From a bacterium (lineage in GTDB: Bacteria; Bacillota; Clostridia; Christensenellales; CAG-138): a DNA stretch of 64,000 nucleotides. The translations under genes and the position numbers were made by a program. Where the stretch lies: the NCBI GenBank assembly GCA_963643205.1, contig CAVIJJ010000002.1, positions 1,256 through 65,255 on the forward strand, in the 5' to 3' direction. The notes beneath the pieces were generated by a model, which had not been told where the DNA came from, did no database searches, and saw only the letters and a program-made list of their open reading frames with translations. Below are positions 55,677 through 63,906 of this stretch, one piece after another. Position 1 is the stretch's first letter, and the number at the start of each line of letters is the position of its first letter.

Positions 55677-56918
55677 TTATTGCTTCAGGCCGAAGTAAGA
55701 GGCAAGTTTTTCTCTTCGTTCCTGAAGCTTTTCTTTTATCCGCGCGTGGCGTTCGATCATTTCAGCTTCTCCGCTGCGGGCGGCAAGCGCGGCGTAGCGG
55801 TCGTGAGCGCTGGCTATAACCTTGTCCCAGTCGTGGGGAATGGTGTCGTGCGCGGCCTGCCCCATGCGTGTGAGGGCATCGGTATCGTGCATATATTTAA
55901 GCAGCAGCTCGCCCAGCTTTTCGCCGTCGTCCGGGCATACAAGTCCGTTTTGTCCATTCACTATCGGCTCCGCCGGCGCTGAACCCTCTATTGCCACACC
56001 GGGGGTATACATTGCGGCCGCCTCGCGTATAACAAGCGAAAATGTATCATACTGCGATGGGAACGTGAAAAGCGTGGCCGCCTGATAAAGCCCGTCAAGC
56101 AAATGGGTATTCATGATATGCCCTGTGAAAACAAGCGTGTCAAATACGTTCATTTCTTTCGCCTTCGCTTTAATGGCGTCCTCGTCCGGGCCTTGACCCG
56201 CAAGCACCACGCTGAAGCGTTCTCCACGCGCCTTAAGATACGCCGCCGCCTCAAGCAGGCGTAGTATTCCTTTTTTCCAGTTTATCTGGCCTACAAACAG
56301 AAATACCGGGTTGCTTTCGTCAATGTGAAAATGCTCTATCGCGGCCTGCCTGTCCTCAGCCTTTACCGGGCGCATTTCAGTGCCGTTTTCCATTATTATG
56401 ATTTTTCCCGTGTAGCCGTAATCGCGCAGCACATCGGCGGAGGACTTGCTTACCGTCCAAACCTCGTCACAGCGATCGTAAAAATCAACAACGAATTTAA
56501 CGCCTATGTTCGCCAGCAGCTCCGCATGGGTTGCCTTGTAAAAATCGTCATAATATTTTGAATGGAATGTGCCCACAAGCGGCAGATTGTACTTGGAGCA
56601 GATTCTAAGCGCTTCCTGACCCGCGAAAAACGGGGTGTGCGCGTGGCAAACATCAAGCTGAATCATATCCATGCGGTCCATGTAGTGCTTATCGAGTACG
56701 GCAAGGCCCACCTTGTACTGCGGGGTGCCTATAACGGGATTTGCCGTGTAATCAATAAGCTCAAAGGGGTAGCCTCCACGGTATCCGGTATCGTTCTGCG
56801 GCGCTATAACATAGCACTCGTCACCGGTTTTCGCAAGGCCGTTGGCATAGCTGTAAACCACGCGGCCAACGCCGTCAACTATCGGAAGAAAGCTTTCGCT
56901 GAATTGTCCTATTCGCAT
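55677..56918 (-). CDS. Family 4 glycosyltransferase
   Basis: MRIGQFSESFLPIVDGVGRVV N-terminus and an E-x7-E-like FTFPSQYDTFSLVIREAAA segment. Confidence 0.8.
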   Translation of the reverse strand: MRIGQFSESFLPIVDGVGRVVYSYANGLAKTGDECYVIAPQNDTGYRGGYPFELIDYTANPVIGTPQYKVGLAVLDKHYMDRMDMIQLDVCHAHTPFFAGQEALRICSKYNLPLVGTFHSKYYDDFYKATHAELLANIGVKFVVDFYDRCDEVWTVSKSSADVLRDYGYTGKIIIMENGTEMRPVKAEDRQAAIEHFHIDESNPVFLFVGQINWKKGILRLLEAAAYLKARGERFSVVLAGQGPDEDAIKAKAKEMNVFDTLVFTGHIMNTHLLDGLYQAATLFTFPSQYDTFSLVIREAAAMYTPGVAIEGSAPAEPIVNGQNGLVCPDDGEKLGELLLKYMHDTDALTRMGQAAHDTIPHDWDKVIASAHDRYAALAARSGEAEMIERHARIKEKLQERREKLASYFGLKQ

Positions 56919-57042
56919 AGCATATACTCCTATTAAAGTATGTTATGACTAATTATAGCCAAACGCGCGGCTCCTATCAAGCAAGGCCGCGCTGTTTCAA
57001 GCTTTATTTACAGTTTATACAAAATCTGAATCGGCCACACAT

Positions 57043-57076
57043 AAAAAACGGGGCCGCCGTGATCTGCGGCAGCCCC
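57043..57076 (-). terminator. Rho-independent terminator downstream of the aminopeptidase gene
   Basis: On the minus strand: GGGGCTGCCGCA-gatca-CGGCGGCCCC followed by GTTTTTT. Confidence 0.8.
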
Positions 57077-57093
57077 ATCATAAAATCGGTAAA

Positions 57094-58494
57094 TTATCTG
57101 TAATTCTTAAAGAATTCGCCGTATGCGCGGCTGGTCATGTACACGTCCGCCTTGGATACTATTTCCCAGGGAGCGTGCATGCTCTGCATCGCAACGCCCG
57201 CGTCCAGCACATCCATATCGTAGTTGGCCATTATGTAGGCTATGGTTCCGCCGCCGCCCTGGTCAACCTTGCCAAGCTCGCTGGTCTGGTAAACCACGCC
57301 GTGCTCGTTGAAAAGCTTGCGAACCTTGCCCACAAGCTCGGCGGAGGCGTCGTTAGCGCCGCTCTTGCCGCGGGAGCCGGTGTATTTAACAATGGCTATG
57401 CCCTGGCCGAGATTGGCAAAGTTAGCGTCGTCACCAACGCTGGGATAGTTGGGGTCAAACGCCGCCGCAACGTCCGCGCTCAGCATGGTGCTGTGAGCAA
57501 GGGCGCGCCTTATTGAAAGATCGGAGCAGTTTCCGCCGTTCATAAGGGCTATCATCTCGCCGACCATATTGTTGAAAAAGCTTGAGCACATGCCGGATGC
57601 GCCAACGCTGCCGATTTCTTCCTTATCAACATAAAGGCCAACGGTGGTGCGCTCGGGGTTCTCAACCTTAAGCAGGGCCGCAAGGGAAGCGTATGAGCAA
57701 ACGCGGTCATCATGGCCGTGCGCCACTATAAGGCCGCGGTCAAAACCAACATCGCGCGCGGAACCGGCGGGAACGGCCTCAAGCTCGGCGGAAACAAAGT
57801 CCTCCTCCGTAATGCCGTAGCGCTCGTTGAGCACGCCAAGCAGGGCCTTCTTGAACCTGTCCGAAGCCTCGGTATCGTCAAGCGGCAGGCTGCCTATAAG
57901 TATGTTCAGGTTTTCGCCCTCAATGCCTTCGCTAAGCGTCTTGGTTACCTGGTCCTTGGCAAGGTGCGGCAGCAGGTCCGAAATATAGAATACGGGGTCT
58001 CCGCACTTGTCACCAACGGCAATCTCAACCTTTTCGCCGTTCGCCTTCACTATCACTCCGTAAAGGGCAAGGGGCAGAGCCACCCAGTGATATTTCTTTA
58101 TTCCGCCGTAGTAATGCGTTTTAAGCAGCGTTGTTCCGCCGGCCTCGTAAACGGGATTCTGCTTTATGTCAAGGCGCGGGGAATCCATGTGGCTGCCCAC
58201 TATGTTCATGCCGTTTTCAAGGGACTCTTTACCTATAACGGCAAGCATAACGGCCTTGCCGCGGTTGTTGTAATAAACCTTGTCGCCGGCCTTAAGCTCC
58301 TTCTTTTCGCATACGCATACAAATCCGGCTTCCTTGGCGCGGCGGATTATTTCCGCGGCGCAGCGGCGCTCGGTCTTGCTTTCGTTAAGAAACGCCTTAT
58401 AGTCCTCGCCCATATCCATGCAGGCCTTGCGCTCATCGGCGCTCAGCTTGTCCCAAACATAAGCGCGCTTGTATGTAAGATCCTTGGTTTCCAT
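57094..58494 (-). CDS. M18 family aminopeptidase
   Basis: 466 aa with VGSHMDSPRLDIK, HGHDDR and EEIGS motifs typical of M18 aminopeptidases. Confidence 0.85.
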   Translation of the reverse strand: METKDLTYKRAYVWDKLSADERKACMDMGEDYKAFLNESKTERRCAAEIIRRAKEAGFVCVCEKKELKAGDKVYYNNRGKAVMLAVIGKESLENGMNIVGSHMDSPRLDIKQNPVYEAGGTTLLKTHYYGGIKKYHWVALPLALYGVIVKANGEKVEIAVGDKCGDPVFYISDLLPHLAKDQVTKTLSEGIEGENLNILIGSLPLDDTEASDRFKKALLGVLNERYGITEEDFVSAELEAVPAGSARDVGFDRGLIVAHGHDDRVCSYASLAALLKVENPERTTVGLYVDKEEIGSVGASGMCSSFFNNMVGEMIALMNGGNCSDLSIRRALAHSTMLSADVAAAFDPNYPSVGDDANFANLGQGIAIVKYTGSRGKSGANDASAELVGKVRKLFNEHGVVYQTSELGKVDQGGGGTIAYIMANYDMDVLDAGVAMQSMHAPWEIVSKADVYMTSRAYGEFFKNYR

Positions 58495-58690
58495 AAGCTC
58501 TCCTTTATAAAAATAAATATTATAATGTAAGCATACAACCTTGCCGCTTTTGCGTCAAGAGCGCGCGGCAAAGATATAATATATACAGGATATATGTAAG
58601 TGGGGGTTGTGTTATTGGTCTGCTTGATGTAAAATAAGCGATTGAAAGCGGAGCTTTTCCGCAGAAAAGATCATATATACCAAATAATCC

Positions 58691-58820
58691 GCTTGGGCTG
58701 ATACCCAAGGACGGAATGGGGTGAGATTCCCCGCGAGTCGGTCACTGTGAAGCCTGCCGGGACAGGATAAGTCAGATACGTTTAAGGATTGCTAAGGTTC
58801 CTGCCGTCACCGGGAAGCTG
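58691..58820 (+). promoter_or_regulatory. Cobalamin-riboswitch-like aptamer (divergent 3' half)
   Basis: 58709-58754 reads GGACGGAAUGGGGUGAGAUUCCCCGCGAGUCGGUCACUGUGAAGCC, which matches the conserved core. A B12-box-like AAGUCAGAUAC (58769-58779) and CCUGCCGUC (58800-58808) are split by about 20 nt. GACGG pairs with CCGUC. Not verified with a covariance model. Confidence 0.55.
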
Positions 58821-58854
58821 TTTTGTTTTTTGAGTAAATAGTTAAAAACAAATT

Positions 58855-58885
58855 GGACCCGCACGGCATGTGCGGGTCTTTTTTA
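58855..58885 (+). terminator. Intrinsic terminator (probable expression platform) upstream of the yezD-like ORF
   Basis: GACCCGCA-cggcat-TGCGGGTC followed by TTTTTT. Confidence 0.75.
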
Positions 58886-58919
58886 ATTCGCAAAGCATAA
58901 GGAAGGAGACACGAAGAAT

Positions 58920-59099
58920 ATGGAAAACAGCCGGATGGGGAGCGAGTACTGCGAACAGAGCATATTTGGCGATATAAGTTCGCAGGATTACCAGGTATTA
59001 AAGCTGATGCGGGAGATGGATTACGGCCATCTGGTAATTACGGTGAAGGGCGGCCAGCCTGTTCACGCAGAGGTTCAGAAGAGCGTTCTGATAAAATAG
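58920..59099 (+). CDS. YezD/DUF2292-like small protein (59 aa)
   Basis: Own translation: MENSRMGSEYCEQSIFGDISSQDYQVLKLMREMDYGHLVITVKGGQPVHAEVQKSVLIK. The RBS is GGAAGGAGA. The pattern L..M..M.YG.L.I.V..G..V..E..K matches DUF2292. It is below the ORF-track size cutoff. Confidence 0.6.
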   Translation: MENSRMGSEYCEQSIFGDISSQDYQVLKLMREMDYGHLVITVKGGQPVHAEVQKSVLIK

Positions 59100-59155
59100 T
59101 ACCCAAAATAAAAATAATATAAGCGGCTGTGAGGCCGGACCTACGGAAGAACCGA

Positions 59156-59216
59156 AGTCCAACAGAATTCGCATGCGGCGTGAAATGCCCGTGTGAATCT
59201 TGTTGGACTTTTTTAT
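59156..59216 (+). terminator. Long hairpin plus T-run between yezD-like ORF and the giant gene (terminator/attenuator)
   Basis: AGTCCAACA ... TGTTGGACT encloses a structured ~36-nt insert and is followed by TTTTTT. It lies 50 nt upstream of ATG 59266. Confidence 0.6.
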
Positions 59217-59265
59217 TCTGCCGGCCTTGCGGAGCGAATATCGTAAAAGGAGGAAAACTACGATA

Positions 59266-62200
59266 ATGAACAAAAAAACGATTTCCCTGCTGCTTGCGCT
59301 GCTGATGCTTTTAAGCATTTTGCCGGCATCCGTGCTTGCGGCAACCAAAACATTTGATGACTTTTTCAGCGGACTTCCGCTTATTGCGGAAACCGAGCCC
59401 GGATCATCAACAAGCACCAAAAAGTGGAAGGTGACCACGCTTAGCGGCGAAGATGTTTTGATGAGCGGCAACAAGGGGAAAAGCAGCAGCTCAAGCACGC
59501 TGCAGCTTACCATGACCGCCGATACTCAGCTGAGCTTTGATTATAAAGTCTCATCAGAGACAAGATATGATAAGCTGACCATTAAAAACGGCGATAATAC
59601 GCTTGTAAACGGCGTAAGCGGCGAAATTGACTGGACAACCCTTGCGATTGACGCTAAGAGCGGCGATGTTATAACGATTGTTTATAAAAAGGATTCAAGC
59701 GGCGACAAAAATGATGACTGCGTATATGTGCGCAACTTCAGCGCAGGCGAACCGACTGTAATAACCCTGCATGCCAATAACGGAACCGATGAAACCGCTA
59801 CTCAGAATATATACGGCGGGAAGGGAGCCCTTAAGGCAAATACGTTTACCTGTGAGGGCAAGGTATTCGCGGGCTGGGCAACCGAGGCTAACGGCAGCGT
59901 TGCCTATGCCGACTGCGCCGCGGTAGAAACCGAAACCGCGATGGACCTTTATGCCGTATGGAGCGACGCGTATACCGTAACGCTTGACTACGCGGACGGA
60001 AAGACCGCTGAAAAGCAGATATTGGTTGCGCAGAACGCGGCGTTCGGCAGCGCGAATATGCCTGCCAATCCTACTAAAAAAGGATATCTGTTCGCGGGCT
60101 GGTTTGATGGCGAAGCTCAGCTTACGGCCGAAACCGTTATAAGCGGCAGCACAACCTATACCGCCAAGTGGACCGCAATAAAATATACCATAGCCTTCAG
60201 CGCAAATGAGGGCACAGGCACTATGGTCAGCATTAGCGCTACCTATGATCAGGAGGCGGAACTGCCGGAAAATACATTCACCCGCGCGGGTTATGACTTT
60301 GCCGGTTGGAGCACGTACAGCGGCGGTTCTTCCGTATCCTATACCGACAAGGCAACCGTAAAGAACCTTACCGATACCGATTCCAAAACCGTTACGCTCT
60401 ATGCTGTCTGGCATGGTCGTGCCGTTAATGTTACCGTCAATCCCAACTACGAGGGCGCTGAGATAACCGGCCGCGTGGGTCTGGTTGGCAGCAATTATAA
60501 TTACATAAGGCAGGATAACGGCGGCTCAACGTATTCTCCCATTTCGGATCCCTCCCGTACTGGCTATATATTCAATGGCTGGTACACTGCGGCCGAGGGC
60601 GGCAGCGTGATTACTTATTCCTATAAATTCACCGCGCAGGATGCTGAAAACGGCGTTACCATGTACGCGCAGTGGACCAAGGGCATAACCGTTCACTTTG
60701 ACGGCAACGGATATAAATCCACTATTGCCGATAAAACCGTTACCGTGGACAAGGTTTATTCAAGCCTGCCTTCCTATCTTTCCAAATCATATATGCCCGA
60801 CGGAAAGGCACTTGACGGTTGGTATATAAAGAATGAAGACGGTTCATTCGGCGAGGCCGTTACAAAGGATACCGATTTCAGCACCAAAGGTGACGAGGTA
60901 ACTCTTATCGCCAAGTGGCGCGACTATCAATACATAATCAAGTACAACTTAAAGTATTCCGATAAATCCTCGGTTACCGGAACAATGGCGGATCAGGCGG
61001 CGTTCTTCGGCGTTGATACCGTGCTTAATAAGTGTGCGTACACTCGCCCGGGCTATGCGTTCGCCGGCTGGTCAACTAGTAGCTACGGTACAACCGTTAC
61101 CTATACGGATGGCGCTACCATAAACCGTGCGTTTGAAGAAGGCGATTATTGGGACGATGGCAGCGAGGACGGCGAAGCGTTCAATCTTTATGCCGTATGG
61201 ACCGAGGCTAAGAGCGAAGAGGAAAAGGCAGCCGATACCAAGCTTGCCGCGGCGGAGACCGCTATAAGCGGCACATATTTGCCCACCTATGGCAAGGACA
61301 CAAATGCCCTTACAATGATTCAGGCTAAGCTGAGCGCTGCAAATATTACCGACGTTACCGTTACCGTAAAGGCAGACGATTCCGCTAACTACTCAAGCTA
61401 TAACTATGTTGGCGTTGCCAATGACGGCACTATTAAGTATAAGTGGAACGAAAGCGGCACCACCAGCAGCAGCACGGGCTATGTGCGCCCCAAGTTCGTA
61501 CTTACCTATAAGGTAGGCGAAAATACCTACACCAAGGAAACCACATCCTGCAACTTCGGCATGGGCCTTGATGAGGGAAAGGCTATTGCCGCGCTGAACG
61601 CCGTTGCGGACAGAATAACCATACCCGAAACCATAGAAAAGGCAGAAGACCTTACTTCCTTGCCGCATTACCCCTTAAAGGCCGGCGTGGATTCGAGCAC
61701 GGTTGATTACAATTATTCCACCAATCTCGAGCTTTGGGCTGAAGGCACCTGGCAGAGCAGCGTTACCAATATAGGCATAACGGCTGACGAAACCGCTTTC
61801 TTCTCTCCCTATAAGGCAACGGTTACCATGCCCGCGAGCGATACCGCCGCCGCGCTTACTCTTAAGCTGACATACAGCGGCAGAGATGATTTGTACATAA
61901 CGCGGGTTTATAACACAACCCTCAAGGGAACCGTAGAAGAAAAGGAAATCGATTACCAAGCGCTGCTTAATACTATGCTGGGCAAGGCGGACGCTCTTAC
62001 CGATCCTACCGACAAGAGTAATATCGATAAATCTGCCGTAACGAGCGATATCCAGTTCTTTACCACAAAGGACCTGAACCGTCTCTGCCAGGAACTTTAC
62101 AACAAGAACTTTGACGGCAAGTATACTCCCATAACAATCACCAGCAGCAACGAGAACGTTATAAGCTCAACTGATATTTATAACGCCGCCCGCGTGCAGA

Positions 62201-63723
62201 CCTATCGCCCGCTGCCCGGCAAGAATGCCGAAGAGGTAACACTTACCGTAAAGATTCTTAATCGTCCTACCGGCGAGGGCGTAGCAACCGAGGTTCTTGC
62301 CACTGCCGATATAAAGCTTACCGTGACTCCGCTTGTGCAGAGCGATATAGATGCCGCCGCGGCATTCATGAAGAAAGTCTGCACCGAGAGCGTTTATTGG
62401 GAAGGCATAAAGAAGGCAAACACAGCCAAGGACAATGTTACCGGCGATATGTGGAGCTTTATAGAGGTTGTCCCCGACGGAACAGGCTATAAGTTCATTC
62501 GCAACGCGGATAACGTAACCGGAACCGGCATCAAGGTGGATAACATTGACGGCTGGTATGAAAGTCAGTCATATCGCTGCTTCCGCACCACCAATACAAA
62601 CGTGGTTAAGAACGAGAACCTGCTTGTAACTCAGCCCACCTACAATACCGAAGTAACCATAGACAGCGTGCTTTCCTATAATGAGTACGCCAAGTACTAT
62701 GAAAAGTTCAAGGACAGCGCCGATTATGCTCAGTTCGCGCAGTTCTATAAGCAGCCCGTCAGCGTAACGGTAAAGGTAATAGGTACCGCGGGAACCGACG
62801 ATCCGAGTATTAAGGATATAAACGTTACACTGAAGGTGGATGGCAAAGCTATAGAAGGCAATTTCGCGGATATTGAAAAATATAGCTACACCTGCAAGAG
62901 CAACGCCAATAAAACCGCATGGGATGTGATAGTAAAGGCTCTTACCGACAATGGCTATGCCTACACCGGAACCTCGAACTACCTTACTTCCATAACCTCT
63001 CCCGATAGCGTAACGCTTGCTGGCGGCGATGAGAACTACGGCTCATGGTCCGGTTGGATGTTTACCGTAAACGATTCCGCGCCGATGCTTGACAGCACGA
63101 ATTATGCGACGCTTGGCCAGTACACGGTGAAGGATGGCGATGTGATAAGGCTTTATTATGTGGCTTGCCCCACCGAAACCCGCAACCACGTTGCCGGTAC
63201 CGAGGATCCCACAAAGTGCGGCATGTGCGGAGACAAGCTTAAAACCGTAGAGCCTACGCCTACAGTAGCGCCCACCGTAGCGCCTACGCAGCAGCCTACT
63301 CCTGCGCCGACTGTAGCGCCCACCGTAGCACCGACCGTGGCACCCACTGTAGAGCCTACTCCGACCGTAGCACCGACCGTAGCGCCGACTGTGGCACCCA
63401 CTGTGGCACCCACCGTAGCACCCACTGTAGAGCCTACTCCGACAGTAGCACCGACCGTAGCGCCCACCGTGGCACCCACTGTGGCACCCACTGTGGCACC
63501 CACCGTAGCACCGACCGTAGTGCCAACCGTAGCACCCACTGTGGCACCCACGCAGCGGCCTACTCCGACAGTAGCGCCTACCACTCGCCCCGTAATAGTA
63601 GCTCCTGAGAATCCCCTGCCCCCGCAGACAGGTGACTCAAGTGCCGTTTATATAGCGGGCGCGGCAGTTTGCGTACTTGCCGCCGCGGCGTTTGTCGTGA
63701 TAGCGAAGCGCAAGCGTGGCTGA
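59266..63723 (+). CDS. 1485-aa cell-wall-anchored surface protein: signal peptide, beta-sandwich-like N-domain, 6 Listeria-Bacteroides repeats, unassigned region, DUF4430 domain, (PTVA)n stalk, LPPQTG sorting signal
   Basis: AAAGGAGG RBS. The signal peptide is MNKKTISLLLALLMLLSILPASVLA. The domain evidence is listed in the sub-features below. The ORF-track start 59200 was rejected. Confidence 0.85.
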   Translation: MNKKTISLLLALLMLLSILPASVLAATKTFDDFFSGLPLIAETEPGSSTSTKKWKVTTLSGEDVLMSGNKGKSSSSSTLQLTMTADTQLSFDYKVSSETRYDKLTIKNGDNTLVNGVSGEIDWTTLAIDAKSGDVITIVYKKDSSGDKNDDCVYVRNFSAGEPTVITLHANNGTDETATQNIYGGKGALKANTFTCEGKVFAGWATEANGSVAYADCAAVETETAMDLYAVWSDAYTVTLDYADGKTAEKQILVAQNAAFGSANMPANPTKKGYLFAGWFDGEAQLTAETVISGSTTYTAKWTAIKYTIAFSANEGTGTMVSISATYDQEAELPENTFTRAGYDFAGWSTYSGGSSVSYTDKATVKNLTDTDSKTVTLYAVWHGRAVNVTVNPNYEGAEITGRVGLVGSNYNYIRQDNGGSTYSPISDPSRTGYIFNGWYTAAEGGSVITYSYKFTAQDAENGVTMYAQWTKGITVHFDGNGYKSTIADKTVTVDKVYSSLPSYLSKSYMPDGKALDGWYIKNEDGSFGEAVTKDTDFSTKGDEVTLIAKWRDYQYIIKYNLKYSDKSSVTGTMADQAAFFGVDTVLNKCAYTRPGYAFAGWSTSSYGTTVTYTDGATINRAFEEGDYWDDGSEDGEAFNLYAVWTEAKSEEEKAADTKLAAAETAISGTYLPTYGKDTNALTMIQAKLSAANITDVTVTVKADDSANYSSYNYVGVANDGTIKYKWNESGTTSSSTGYVRPKFVLTYKVGENTYTKETTSCNFGMGLDEGKAIAALNAVADRITIPETIEKAEDLTSLPHYPLKAGVDSSTVDYNYSTNLELWAEGTWQSSVTNIGITADETAFFSPYKATVTMPASDTAAALTLKLTYSGRDDLYITRVYNTTLKGTVEEKEIDYQALLNTMLGKADALTDPTDKSNIDKSAVTSDIQFFTTKDLNRLCQELYNKNFDGKYTPITITSSNENVISSTDIYNAARVQTYRPLPGKNAEEVTLTVKILNRPTGEGVATEVLATADIKLTVTPLVQSDIDAAAAFMKKVCTESVYWEGIKKANTAKDNVTGDMWSFIEVVPDGTGYKFIRNADNVTGTGIKVDNIDGWYESQSYRCFRTTNTNVVKNENLLVTQPTYNTEVTIDSVLSYNEYAKYYEKFKDSADYAQFAQFYKQPVSVTVKVIGTAGTDDPSIKDINVTLKVDGKAIEGNFADIEKYSYTCKSNANKTAWDVIVKALTDNGYAYTGTSNYLTSITSPDSVTLAGGDENYGSWSGWMFTVNDSAPMLDSTNYATLGQYTVKDGDVIRLYYVACPTETRNHVAGTEDPTKCGMCGDKLKTVEPTPTVAPTVAPTQQPTPAPTVAPTVAPTVAPTVEPTPTVAPTVAPTVAPTVAPTVAPTVEPTPTVAPTVAPTVAPTVAPTVAPTVAPTVVPTVAPTVAPTQRPTPTVAPTTRPVIVAPENPLPPQTGDSSAVYIAGAAVCVLAAAAFVVIAKRKRG
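59755..61200 (+). other. Six Listeria-Bacteroides (Flg_new-type) repeat modules
   Basis: Each module ends in a G(Y/K)xFxGW...(T/D)LYA(V/K/Q)W pattern. Examples are GYLFAGWFDG...TYTAKW, GYDFAGWSTY...LYAVW, GYIFNGWYTA...MYAQW and GYAFAGWSTS...LYAVW. Confidence 0.8.
62755..63165 (+). other. DUF4430 (transcobalamin-like C-terminal) domain
   Basis: VSVTVKVIG...TAWDVIVKALTDNGYAYTG...YLTSI...NYGSWSGWMFTVNDSAPML...LGQYTVKDGDVIRLYY reproduces the DUF4430 hallmark SGWMY.VNG......Y.LKDGD.I.W.Y. Confidence 0.75.
63247..63590 (+). repeat. In-frame tandem 12-nt repeat encoding a (P-T-V-A)n / VEPTPTVAPT stalk
   Basis: Units of ccc acc gta gca with synonymous variation, roughly 25-30 in number (not counted exactly). 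A higher-order VEPTPT(VAPT)n unit is seen three times. Confidence 0.9.
63616..63720 (+). other. Cell-wall sorting signal LPPQTG + hydrophobic helix + KRKRG
   Basis: LPPQTGDSSAVYIAGAAVCVLAAAAFVVIAKRKRG. Confidence 0.85.
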
Positions 63724-63749
63724 TAGGAAAAATAGTCTAAACGCATAAT

Positions 63750-63783
63750 AAAGGAGCGAGCCTGATAGGTTCGCTCCTTTTAT
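63750..63783 (+). terminator. Rho-independent terminator
   Basis: AAGGAGCGA-gcctgatagg-TTCGCTCCTT followed by TTTA. Confidence 0.75.
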
Positions 63784-63851
63784 ACCGAAAAATGGCCGTA
63801 TTGTTCCGAATTTCCGGCTTTTCCTTTGCCGGTCGGATGATTTTACAGCGC

Positions 63852-63883
63852 AAAAAACGGCACAGCTGTTAAGCTGTGCCGTT
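63852..63883 (-). terminator. Rho-independent terminator for the gene entering from the right edge
   Basis: On the minus strand: ACGGCACAGC-ttaaca-GCTGTGCCGT followed by TTTTT. Confidence 0.7.
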
Positions 63884-63906
63884 CAAGCTTGTTCTTTTAG
63901 GGTTTA

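Noticed and set aside
58550-58580. Candidate promoter TTGCGT-19-TATAAT upstream of the second riboswitch-like element
   Set aside because: The spacer is 19 nt and the element lies about 130 nt upstream of the aptamer core. That is too weak to call without TSS data.
63247-63590. Highly regular short repeat that might be mistaken for a CRISPR array or minisatellite
   Set aside because: The period is 12 nt with no spacers. It is in frame within a long ORF and encodes a Pro/Thr/Val/Ala stalk.
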